From the NCBI RefSeq assembly GCF_963921235.1, contig NC_086108.1, forward strand, positions 111,168,001-111,232,000: a DNA stretch of 64,000 nt, written 5' to 3'. The position numbers were made by a program, and so were the translations under genes. Below are positions 37,301-49,300 of this stretch, one piece after another; position 1 is the first letter of the stretch, and every line of letters starts with the position of its first letter. Under the pieces are notes generated by a model that did no database searches, had not been told where the DNA came from, and saw nothing but the letters and a program-made list of their open reading frames with translations. The DNA comes from Mobula hypostoma (taxonomy: Eukaryota).

Positions 37301-40300
37301 GTCATTTCCCTGCCCACCACCCCCCCCCACCAATTCTTTGTTCCAAACACTTAAAATTATGGCCCTTGGATTAGCCATTTCTAACTTGGCAAAAGTTTGG
37401 CGAATTTGTGCCCAAACACAAGATTGAAGATTAAAGATTCAAGATTGTTTAATGCCATTCCCAGTACACAAGTGTAAAGGAGAACAATAATTGTAATTCC
37501 GGATCCGATGCAGCACAAAAGAGACAAACAAGGTGAAGTACACAATAAAATAATTATAAATACATAAGATAGCTTATATACATCGATTAATTGTATGTCC
37601 ATAGAGTGACACTAGGCACATGAGTGTCTGTACATACGGTGACTGACTGGAAATGATAAAGTAGTGGTGGTTGGGGGTGTGGAGGGGTGGGTTAGTGGGT
37701 GGGGATGTGGAGGGGTGGGTTAGTGGTCGGGGGTGTGGAGGGGTGGGTTAGTGGGTGGGGATGTGGAGGGGTGGGTTAGTGGTCGGGGGTGTGGAGGGGT
37801 GGGTTAGTGGTCGGGGGTGTGGAGGGGTGGGTTAGTGGTCGGGGGTGTGGAGGGGTGGGTTAGAGGGTGGGGGTGTGGAGGGGTGGGTTAGTGGACGGGG
37901 GTGTGGAGGGGTGGGTTAGTGGTCGGGGGTGTGGAGGGGTGGGTTAGTGGGTGGGGATGTGGAGGGGTGGGTTAGTGGACGGGGGTGTGGAGGGGTGGGT
38001 TAGTGGTCGGGGGTGTGGAGGGGTGGGTTAGTGGGTGGGGGTGTGGAGGGGTGGGTTAGTGGTCGGGGGTGTGGATGGGTGGGTTAGTGGGTGGGGGTGT
38101 GGAGGGGTGGGTTAGTGGTCGGGGATGTGGAGGGGTGGGTTAGTGGTCGGGGGTGTGGAGGGGTGAGTTAGTGGTCGGGGGTGTGGAGGGGTGGGTTAGT
38201 GGTCGGGGGTGTGGAGGGGTGGGTTAGTGGTCGGGGGTGTGGAGGGGTGGGTTAGTGGACGGGGTGCGGAGGGGTGGGTTAGTGGACGGGGTGCAGAGGG
38301 GTGGGTTAGTGGACGGGGGTGTGGAGGGGTGGGTTAGTGGTCGGGGGAGTGGAGGGGTGGGTTAGTGGTCGGGGGTGTGGAGGGGTGGGTTAGTGGGTGG
38401 GGGAGTGGAGGGGTGGGTTAGTGGGTGGGGGTGTGGAGGGGTGGGTTAGTGGTCGGGGGTGTGGAGGGGTGGGTTAGTGGGTGGGTGTGTGGAGGGGTGG
38501 GTTAGTGGTCGGGGGTGTGGAGGGGTGGGTTAGTGGGTGGGGTGTGGAGGGGTGGGTTAGTGGGTGGGGGAGTGGAGGGGTGGGTTGGGGAGTGGAGGGG
38601 TGGGTTAGTGGGTGGAGGGGTGGGTTAGTGGGTGGGGGAGTGGAGGGGTGGGTTAGTGGACGGGGGTGTGGAGGGGTGGGTTAGTGGACGGGGGTGTGGA
38701 GGGGTGGGTTAGTGGACGGGGGTGTGGAGGGGTGGGTTAGTGGGTGGGGGAGTGGAGGGGTGGGTTAGTGGGTGGGGGAGTGGAGGGGTGGGTTAGTGGG
38801 TGGGGGAGTGGAGGGGTGGGTTAGTGGGTGGGGGAGTGGAGGGGTGGGTGAGTGGTCGGGGGAGTGGAGGGGTGGGTTAGTGGTCGGGGGTGTGGAGGGG
38901 TGGGTTAGTGCACGGGGTGTGGAGGGGTGGGTTAGTGGACGGGGTGTGTAGGGGTGGGTTAGTGGACGGGGTGTGTAGGGGTGGGTTAGTGGTCGGGGGT
39001 GTGGAGGGGTGGGTTAGTGGTCGGGGGTGTGGAGGGGTGGGTTAGTGGTCGGGGGTGTGGAGGGGTGGGTTAGTGGACGGGGGTGTGGAGGGGTGGGTTA
39101 GTGGACGGGGGTGTGGAGGGGTGGGTTAGTGGTCGGGGGTGTGGAGGGGTGGGTTAGTGGTCGGGGGTGTGGGTTACTGGTCGGGGGTGTGGAGGGGTGG
39201 GTTACTGGTCGGGGGTGTGGAGGGGTGGGTTAGTGGACGGGGTGTGGAGGGGTGGGTTAGTGGTCGGGGGTGTGGAGGGGTGGGTTAGTGGACGGGGGTG
39301 TGGAGGGGTGGGTTAGTGGACGGGGGTGTGGAGGGGTGGGTTAGTGGTCGGGCGTGTGGATGGGTGGGTTAGTGGGTGGGGGTGTGGAGGGGTGGGTTAG
39401 TGGGTGGGGGTGTGGTGGGGTGGGTTAGTGGGTGGGGGTGTGGAGGGGTGGGTTACTGGTCAGGGGTGTGGAGGGGTGGGTTACTGGTCGGGGGTGTGGA
39501 GGGGTGGGTTACTGGTCGGGTGTGTGGAGGGGTGGGTTAGTGGTCGGGGGTGTGGAGGGGTGGGTTAGTGGACGGGGGTGTGGAGGGGTGGGTTAGTGGG
39601 TGGGGGAGTGGAGGGGTGGGTTAGTGGACGGGGGTGTGGAGGGGTGGGTTAGTGGACGGGGGTGTGGAGGGGTGGGTTAGTGGGTGGGGGAGTGGAGGGG
39701 TGGGTGAGTGGTCGGGGGAGTGGAGGGGTGGGTGAGTGGTCGGGGGTGTGGAGGGGTGGGTGAGTGGTCGGGGGTGTGGAGGGGTGGGTTAGTGGACGGG
39801 GGAGTGGAGGGGTGGGCTAGTGGTCGGGTGTGTGGAGGGGTGGGTTAGTGGTCGGGTGTGTGGAGGGGTGGGTTAGTGGTCGGGTGTGTGGAGGGGTGGG
39901 TTAGTGGGTTGGGGTGTGGAGGGGTGGTTAGTGGTTGGGGGTGTGGAGGGGTGGGTTAGTGGACGGGGTGTGGAGGGGTGGGTTAGTGGTCGGGGGTGTG
40001 GAGGGGTGGGTTAGTGGACGGGGGTGTGGAGGGGTGGGTTAGTGGTCGGGGGTGTGGAGGGGTGGGTTAGTGGTCGGGGGTGTGGACGGGTGGGTTAGTG
40101 AGTGGGGGTGTGGAGGGGTGGGTTAGTGGACGGGGTGTGGAGGGGTGGGTTAGTGGTCGGGGTTGTGGAGGGGTGGGTTAGTGGACGGGGTGTGGAGGGG
40201 TGGGTTAGTGGTTGGGGTGTGGAGGGGTGGGTTTGTGGTCGGGGGTGTGGAGGGGTGGGTTAGTGGTCGGGAGTGTGGAGGGGTGGGTTAGTGGTCGGGT

Positions 40301-43300
40301 GTGTGGAGGGGTGGGTTAGTGGTCGGGTGTGTGGAGGGGTGGGTTAGTGGGTGGGGGTGTGGAGGGGTGGGTTAGTGGTTGGGGGTGTGGAGGGGTGGGT
40401 TAGTGGACGGGGGTGTGGAGGGGTGGGTTAGTGGTCGGGGGTGTGGAGGGGTGGGTTAGTGGACGGGGGTGTGGATGGGTGGGTTAGTGGTCGGGGGTGT
40501 GGAGGGGTGGGTTAGTGAGTGGGGGTGTGGAGGGGTGGGTTAGTGGTCGGGTGTGTGGAGGGGTGGGTTAGTGGACGGGGTGTGGAGGGGTGGGTTAGTG
40601 GTCGGGTGTGTGGAGGGGTGGGTTTGTGGTCGGAGGAGTGGGTTAGTGGACGGGGGTGTGGAGGGGTGGGTTAGTGGTCGGGGGTGTGGAGGGGTGGGTT
40701 AGTGGTCGGGTGTGTGGAGGGGTGGGTTTGTGGTCGGAGGGGTGGGTTAGTGGTCGGGTGTGTGGAGGGGTGGGTTTGTGGTCGGAGGGGTGGGTTAGTG
40801 GACGGGGGTGTGGAGGGGTGGGTTAGTGGTCGGGGGTGTGGAGGGGTGGGTTAGTGGACGGGGGTGTGGATGGGTGGGTTAGTGGTCGGGGGTGTGGAGG
40901 GGTGGGTTAGTGAGTGGGGGTGTGGAGGGGTGGGTTAGTGGTCGGGTGTGTGGAGGGGTGGGTTAGTGGACGGGGTGTGGAGGGGTGGGTTAGTGGTTGG
41001 GGGTGTGGAGGGGTGGGTTTGTGGTCGGGGGTGTGGAGGGGTGGGTTAGTGGTCGGGGGTGTGGAGGGGTGGGTTACGGGTCGGGGGTGTGGAGGGGTGG
41101 GTTACGGGTCGGGGGTGTGGAGGGGTGGGTTAGTGGACGGGGGTGTGGAGGGGCGGGTTAGTGGTCGGGGGTGTGGAGGGGCGGGTTAGTGGTCGGGGGT
41201 GTGGAGGGGCGGGTTAGTGGACGGGGGTGTGGAGGGGCGGGTTAGTGGTCGGGGGTGTGGAGGGGCGGGTTAGTGGTCGGGGGTGTGGAGGGGCGGGTTA
41301 GTGGTCGGGGGTGTGGAGGGGCGGGTTAGTGGTCGGGGGTGTGGAGGGGCGGGTTAGTGGTCGGGGGTGTGGAGGGGTGGGTTAGTGGACGGGGGAGTGG
41401 AGGGGTGGGTTAGTGGACGGGGGTGTGGAGGGGTGGGTTAGTGGACGGGGGTGTGGAGGGGTGGGTTAGTGGGTGGGGGAGTGGAGGGGTGGGTGAGTGG
41501 TCGGGAGAGTGGAGGGGTGGGTGAGTGGTCGGGGGTGTGGAGGGGTGGGTTAGTGTACGGGGTGTGGAGGGGTGGGTTAGTGGACGGGGGAGTGGAGGGG
41601 TGGGCTAGTGGTCGGGTGTGTGGAGGGGTGGGTTAGTGGGTTGGGGTGTGGAGGGGTGGGTTAGTGGTTGGGGGTGTGGAGGGGTGGGTTAGTGGACGGG
41701 GTGTGGAGTGGTGGTTTAGTGGACGGGGGTGTGGAGGGGTGGGTTAGTGGTCGGGGGTGTGGATGGGAGGGTTAGTGGTCGGGGGTGTGGAGGGGTGGGT
41801 TAGTGGTCGGGGGTGTGGAGGGGTGGGTTAGTGAGTGGGGGTGTGGAGGGGTGGGTTAGTGGACGGGGTGTGGAGGGGTGGGTTAGTGGACGGGGTGTGG
41901 AGGGGTGGGTTAGTGGTCGGGTGTGTGGAGGGGTGGGTTAGTGGTCGGGGTTGTGGAGGGGTGGGTTAGTGGACGGGGTGTGGAGGGGTGGGTTAGTGGT
42001 TGGGGGTGTGGAGGGGTGGGTTTGTGGTTGGGGGTGTGGAGGGGCGGGTTAGTGGACGGGGGTGTGGAGGGGCGGGTTAGTGGTCGGGGGTGTGGAGGGG
42101 CGGGTTAGTGGTCGGGGGTGTGGAGGGGCGGGTTAGTGGTCGGGGGTGTGGAGGGGCGGGTTAGTGGTCGGGGGTGTGGAGGGGCGGGTTAGTGGTCGGG
42201 GGTGTGGAGGGGCGGGTTAGTGGTCGGGGGAGTGGAGGGGTGGGTTAGTGGACGGGGGTGTGGAGGGGTGGGTTAGTGGGTGGGGGTGTGGAGGGGTGGG
42301 TTAGTGGGTGGGGGAGTGGAGGGGTGGGTGAGTGGTCGGGAGAGTGGAGGGGTGGGTGAATGGTCGGGGGTGTGGAGGGGTGGGTTAGTGTACGGGGTGT
42401 GGAGGGGTGGGTTAGTGGACGGGGGAGTGGAGGGGTGGGCTAGTGGTCGGGTGTGTGGAGGGGTGGGTTAGTGGTCGGGTGTGTGGAGGGGTGGGTTAGT
42501 GGTCGGGTGTGTGGAGGGGTGGGTTAGTGGGTTGGGGTGTGGAGGGGTGGTTAGTGGTTGGGGGTGTGGAGGGGTGGGTTAGTGGACGGGGTGTGGAGGG
42601 GTGGGTTAGTGGACGGGGGTGTGGAGGGGTGGGTTAGTGGTCGGGGGTGTGGAGGGGTGGGTTAGTGGACGGGGGTGTGGATGGGTGGGTTAGTGGTCGG
42701 GGGTGTGGAGGGGTGGGTTAGTGGTCGGGGGTGTGGAGGGGTGGGTTAGTGAGTGGGGGTGTGGAGGGGTGGGTTAGTGGACGGGGTGTGGAGGGGTGGG
42801 TTAGTGGTCGGGTGTGTGGAGGGGTGGGTTAGTGGTTGGGGGTGTGGAGGGGTGGGTTTGTGGTTGGGGGTGTGGAGGGGTGGGTTAGTGGACGGGGTGT
42901 GGAGGGGTGGGTTAGTGGACGGGGGTGTGGATGGGTGGGTTAGTGGACGGGGGTGTGGAGGGGTGGGTTAGTGAGTGGGGGTGTGGAGGGGTGGGTTAGT
43001 GGTCGGGGGTGTGGAGGGGTGGGTTAGTGGTCGGGGGTGTGGAGGGGTGGGTTAGTGGACGGGGGTGTGGAGGGGTGGGTTAGTGGACGGGGGTGTGGAG
43101 GGGTGGGTTAGTGGTCGGGGGTGTGGAGGGGTGGGTTAGTGGTCGGGGGTGTGGAGGGGTGGGTTTGTGGGTGGGGGTGTGGAGGGGTGGGTTAGTGGTC
43201 GGGGGTGTGGAAGGGTGGGTTAGTGGTCAGGGGTGTGGAGGGGTGGGTTAGTGGACGGGGTGTGGAGGGGTGGGTTAGTGGTCCGTGGTGTGGAGGGGTG

Positions 43301-46300
43301 GGTTAGTGGTCGGGGGTGTGGAGGGGTGGGTTAGTGGACGGGGGTGTGGAGGGGTGGGTTAGTGGACGGGGGTGTGGAGGGGCGGGTTAGTGGTCGGGGG
43401 TGTGGAGGGGCGGGTTAGTGGTCGGGGGTGTGGAGGGGCGGGTTAGTGGGTGGGGGTGTGGAGGGGTGGGTTAGTGGTTGGGGGTGTGGAGGGGTGGGTT
43501 AGTGGACGGGGTGTTGAGGGGTGGGTTAGTGGACGGAGGTGTGGAGGGGTGGGTTAGTGGTCGGGGTGTGGAGGGGTGGGTTAGTGGTCGGGGGTGTGGA
43601 GGGGTGGGTTAGTGGTCGGGGGTGTGGAGGGCTGGGTTAGTGGTCGGGGGTGTGGAGGGCTGGGTTAGTGGTCGGGGGTGTGGAGGGGTGGGTTAGTGGT
43701 CGGGGGTGTGGAGGGGTGGGTTAGTGGGTGGGGGAGTGGTGGGGTGGGTTAGTGGTCGGGGGTGTGGAGGGGTGGGTTAGTGGGTGGGGGAGTGGAGGGG
43801 TGGGTTAGTGGTCGGGGGTGTGGAGGGGTGGGTTAGTGGACGGGGTGTGGAGGGGTGGGTTAGTGGTCGGGTGTGTGGAGGGGTGGGTTAGTGGTCGGGG
43901 GTGTGGAGAGGTGGGTTAGTGGACGGGGGTGTGGAGGGGTGGGTTAGTGGACGGGGGTGTGGAGGGGTGGGTTAGTGGACGGGGGTGTGGAGGGGTGGGT
44001 TAGTGGACGGGGGTGTGGAGGGGTGGGTTAGTGGTCGGGGGTGTGGAGGGTGGGTTAGTGGTCGGGGGTGTGGAGGGTGGGTTAGTGGTCGGGGGTGTGG
44101 AGGGGTGGGTTAGTGGATGGGGTGTGGAGGGGTGGGTTAGTGGACGGGGGTGTGGAGCGGTGGGTTAGTGGACGGGGGTGTGGAGGGGTGGGTTAGTGGA
44201 CGGGGGTGTGGAGGGGTGGGTTAGTGGTCGGGGGTGTGGAGGGGTGGGTTAGTGGTCGGGGGTGTGGAGGGGTGGGTTAGTGGTCGGGGGTGTGGAGGGG
44301 TGGGTTAGTGGTCGGGGGTGTGGATGGGTGGGTTAGTGAGTGGGGGTGTGGAGGGGTGGGTTAGTGGACGGGGTGTGGAGGGGTGGGTTAGTGGACGGGG
44401 GTGTGGAGGGGTGCGTTAGTGGTCGGGGGTGTGGAGGGGTGGGTTAGTGGACGGGGGTGTGGAGGGGTGGGTTAGTGAGTGGGGGTGTGGAGGGGTGGGT
44501 TAGTGGGTGGGGGTGTGGAGGGGTGGGTTAGTGGGTGGGGGTGTGGAGGGGTGGGTTAGTGGTTGGGGGGTGTGAAGGGGTGGGTTAGTGGTTGGGTTGT
44601 GGAGGGGTGGGTTAGTGGGTGGGGGTGTGAAGGGGTGGGTTAGTGGTTGGGGTGTGGAGGGGTGGGTTAGTGGACGGGGGTGTGGAGGGGTGGGTTAGTG
44701 GGTGGGGTGTGGAGGGGGTGGGTTAGTGGTCGGGGGTGTGGAGGGGTGGGTTAGTGGACGGGGGTGTGGAGGGGTGGGTTAGTGGACGGGGGTGTGGAGG
44801 GGTGGGTTAGTGGACGGGGGTGTGGAGGGGTGGGTTAGTGGTCGGGGGTGTGGAGGGGTGGGTTAGTGGTCGGGGGTGTGGAGGGGTGGGTGAATGGTCG
44901 GGGGTGTGGAGGGGTGGGTTAGTGGACGGGGTGTGGAGGGGTGGGTTAGTGGACGGGGTGTGGAGGGGTGGGTTAGTGGTCGGGTGTGTGGAGGGGTGGG
45001 TTAGTGGTCGGGTGTGTGGAGGGGTGGGTTAATGGGTGGAGGTGTTGATCAGCCTCACTGCCTGGGGAAAGCAGCTGCTCTTGAGTGAGGTTGTCCTAAT
45101 GTTGATGCTGTGCAGCCTTCTCCTTGATGGGAGTGGAGGGGAACAGTATCTGAGTGGATGGGATCCTTCATGATGTCATTGGCACTTTTCCAGAGCTTTT
45201 TTGTAGTGAAGTTATCCCTCTGATTCAGGAGTCTGATGTTTGAGGGGTAAAAACTGTTCCTGAACCTGGTGTGTGGGTGCTGAGGCTCCTGTACCTCCTT
45301 CCTGATGGCGGCAGTGAGAAGAGAGCATGGCCTGGGTGGTGGTGGGGTTCTTGATGAAAGATGCTGCTTTCCTGTGACAATGTTTCATGTAGATGTGCTC
45401 AAAGTGGATTTGGTATTAGTTTATTATCATCACGTCAGAATCAGACCTTAATATCAGGTCTTGCAAGCTGTTCATACAGATCTGATTACACAGTGCATTG
45501 AGAGAACAAGGGAAGTCAATTAACAATGCAGAACAAAGTGTAACAACTACAGAGAAACTGCAGTGCAGATGAGGAACAAGATGCAAAATCATAACCACGT
45601 CGAGGGATGCCTACCCTGAAGTTTAAAGCTTCTCTTCGATGGGAATTCAGTGGGACCCTCTCTCACTGCTCCATCTCTGTAATCTCCAACTCTTTGACTA
45701 TCTTATCACCCAGAATCACTATTGCAGCCGTGTGTCCTTTCTGGAAACCTACTGCCTGCTAGCTTGTCCTGCTCCCACCTTATTCTGGCTTCTTCCCCTT
45801 TCCTTTCCTGACTCAGTCTTCATCAGTTTCATTGGCTCTTTATTCCCCTTCATAGATGCTGCCTGACCAGCTGGGTTTCTCCAGAATTTTGTGTGTTAGT
45901 CAAGATCAGAACAAGGTAGATGTGTGAGGTCAAAAGACCAATTTATCATACTGGAATCCAGCCATGTACTTGCCAGAAAAGTTCAAAGTAAATTTATTAT
46001 CAAAGTACATACACGTCATTATATGCAGCTCTGAGATTCATTTTCTTGTGGGCATTCACAAGAATAGTCTTATAACAGTGAGATAGAAGCTGTCCTTGAG
46101 CCTGGTGGTATGTGCTTTCAGGCTTCTGTATCTTCTCCCTGATTACCAGTGAATAGGAAAAGAGAGAGAGTCCACGGTGGGCAGGGTCTTTGATTATTCT
46201 GCCATCAGGAAGGAGGTACAGGAGACTTGGGACTCACACCACCAGGTTCAGGAGTAGTTATTACCCCTCAACCATCAGGCTCCTGAACCAGAGGGGATAA

Positions 46301-49300
46301 CGTCACTCTCCCCAACACTAAACTGTGCCTATAACCTATGGACTCACTTTCAAGGACTCTTCATCTTATGTTCTCGATATTTATTGCTTATCATAATTTC
46401 TCTTTCGCTCTTTTTGCATTTACAGTTTGTTTATTTTTGCACATTGGTTGGTTGTTTAGTTGGGCACGGTCTTTGATTCTATTGCATTACTTGTATTTAC
46501 CATGAAAGCCCGCAATAAAATGAATCTCAGGGTTGCATATAATGACACGCATGTACTTTGATAATAAATTTACTTTGAGCTTTCCTGGCTGCTCTTCCAA
46601 GGCAGAAAGTACAGACAATCCATGGAGGGGAGGCTGGATTCCATGATGTACTGAGCTGTGTCCACAACTCCCTGAAGTTTGTTCTTGCGAGTGCAGCTCC
46701 ATTGTAGCTCGAGTTGCACACCAGCAGAAAACCTCTGACAAGAATAGTTACCTTTCAGAACAACTCGAACCTCATTTGCGTGTGCGTGACACAAAAGCTC
46801 AGGGTCATATGCTCCAAATATTGCGATGGTTGTTAGTTTGGACCAATCATAATGCTTCCAATCTTGTCCTCCAACGTCAAAGGCAAAAACCTAAAGCGGA
46901 AATTAAAACAACCTTTTGTGATAAAAGCCATAAAACAGACTGACAAATTTGGATGTCCCTCAAATAGTTAAATTTCCAAGGATACAAGGCAAGAACAATG
47001 CTCCCTCTAGTTATTTTTACAGCTGTGTGGAACAACCATTGCAGGAATTTTTTTTTTAAAAACACGGCCTGAAAACTGCACAACACTTTAACATGGTAGT
47101 CACGGGAGATTTTAACATGCAGGTCGATTGGGAAAATCAGGTTGGTAATGGATGTCAAGAGTGAGTTTGTTGAATGTCTAAGAGGTGGCTTTTTAGAGCA
47201 ATTTGCTGTTGAGCCAACTAGGGGATCAGCTATACTGATTGGGTGTTTATATAATGAACCAGAGGTGATTAGGGTGCTTAAAGTAAAAGAACCCTTAGGA
47301 ACCAATGATCACAATATGATTGTGTTCAACTTGAAATTTGATAGGGAGAAAGTAAAGTCTGATGTAGCAGTATTTCAGTGGAGTAAGAGAAATTACAGTG
47401 GTATGAGAGAGGAGTTGGCCAAAGTAAATTGGAAAGAGCTGCTGGCAGGGATGTCAGCAGAGCAGCAATGGTGTGTGTTTCTGGGAAAAATGAGGAAGGT
47501 GCAGGACATACGTACTCCAAAAATGAAGAAATACTCAAATAGTAAAATAGTACAACCATGGCAGACAAGGGAAGTCAAAGCTATTGTAAAAGCAAAAGGG
47601 CATACAACAAAGCAAAAATTAGTGGGAAGATAGAAAATAAGGAAGTTTTTAAAAACCTTGAGAGCAACTAAAAAAAATCATTATAAGGGAAAAGATGAAA
47701 AATGAAAGCAAGCTAGCAAATAATATCAAAGTGGATAGTAAAAGTTTTTTCAAGTATATTAAAAATAAAAGAAATGAGAACAGATATAGGACCACTAGAA
47801 AATGAGGCAGGAGAAATAATAACAGGGGACAAGGAGATGGCTGATTAACTAAATGAGTATTTTGTGTCTTCACTGTGGAAGACACCAGCAGTATGCCTGA
47901 TGTTGTAGTGTGTGAAGGAAGAGAAGTTGGTGCAGTTACTGTTACAAGCAGCTCAAAAAGCTGAAACACCTAAGGGTACAAAAATCACCAGAACCAGATG
48001 AACTGCACCCTAGAGTTCTGAAAGAGGTAGTGTTAGAGATTGTGGTGGGGTTGGAAATGCTCTTTCAAAAATCATTGGACTCTGGCATGGTACCAGAGTA
48101 GAAAATTGCCAATTCACTCCACTCTTTAAGAAAGGAGGAAGGCAGCAGAAAGAAAATTAGAAGCCAGTTAGCCTGACGTCAGGGGTTGGGAAGATGTCAG
48201 AGTCAATTGTTAAGAATGAGGTGGAGTGCTTGGTGACACAAGACAAGATAATACAAAGTCAGCATAGCTTCCTTCAGGGAAAATCCTGATTGACAAATTT
48301 GTTGGAATTCTTTGAGATTACAAGTAGGATAGACAAAGGGGATACAGATATTGTATATTTGGACTTTCAGAACCCCTTTGACAAGGTGCCACACGTGAGG
48401 CTGCTTATCAAGTTAAGAGTCCATGGTATTACAGGAAAATTACTAGCATGATTAGAGCATTAGCTGATTGGTACGAGGCAGCGAGTGGGAATGAAAGGAT
48501 CCTTTGCTGGTTGGCTGCCAGTCACTAGTGGTGTTCTGCAGGGGTCGGTGTTGGGACCACTCCTTTTTACGCTGTATATAAATGATTTAGATGATGGAAT
48601 AGATGGCTTTTTGCCAAGTTTGCAGATGATACGAAGATTGGTGGAGGGGCGGGTAGTGTTGAGGAAACAGATAGGATGCAGAGGACTTAGACAGATTAGG
48701 AGAATGGGCATGGAAGTGGCAATGTTGGAAAAGGCATGGTCATGTACTTTGGTAATAGAAATAAATGTGCAGACTATTTTCTGAACGGGGAGAAAATCCA
48801 GGAATCTGAGATGCCGAGAGACTTGGGAGTCCTTGTGCAGAACACCCCGAAGGTTAACTTGCAGGTTGAGTCGGTGGTGGAGGAAGGCAAATGCCATGTT
48901 AGCATTCATTTCAAGAGGTCTAGAATACAACAGGAGGGATGTGATGCTGAGGCTTTATAAGGCACTGGTGAGGCCTCCCCTTGAGCGTCGTGAACAGTTT
49001 TGGGTCTTAGTCAAGATATGCTGGCATTGGAGAAGGTCCAGAGGAGGTTCACAAAGATGATTCCAGAAATAAAAGGATTATCATATGAGGAATGTTTGAT
49101 GACTCTGGGTCTGTACTCGTTAGAATTCAGAAGGATGAGGGGAATCTCTCTGAAATTCGAATATTGAAAGGCCTAGACAGTATAGATGTTTTTCCCATGG
49201 TGAGAGAGTCTAGGACAAGAGGGCACAGCCTCAGGATAGAGGGGCGTCCTTTCAAAACAGATGCGGAAAAATTTCTTTAGCCAAAAGGTGATGAACTTGT

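Noticed and set aside
37665..45040. Interstitial telomere, CRISPR array or Gly/Trp-rich ORFs
   Set aside because: The unit is 28 bp with a single GGGTTAG, not (TTAGGG)n; there are no unique spacers; the ORFs are artefacts of the repeat.
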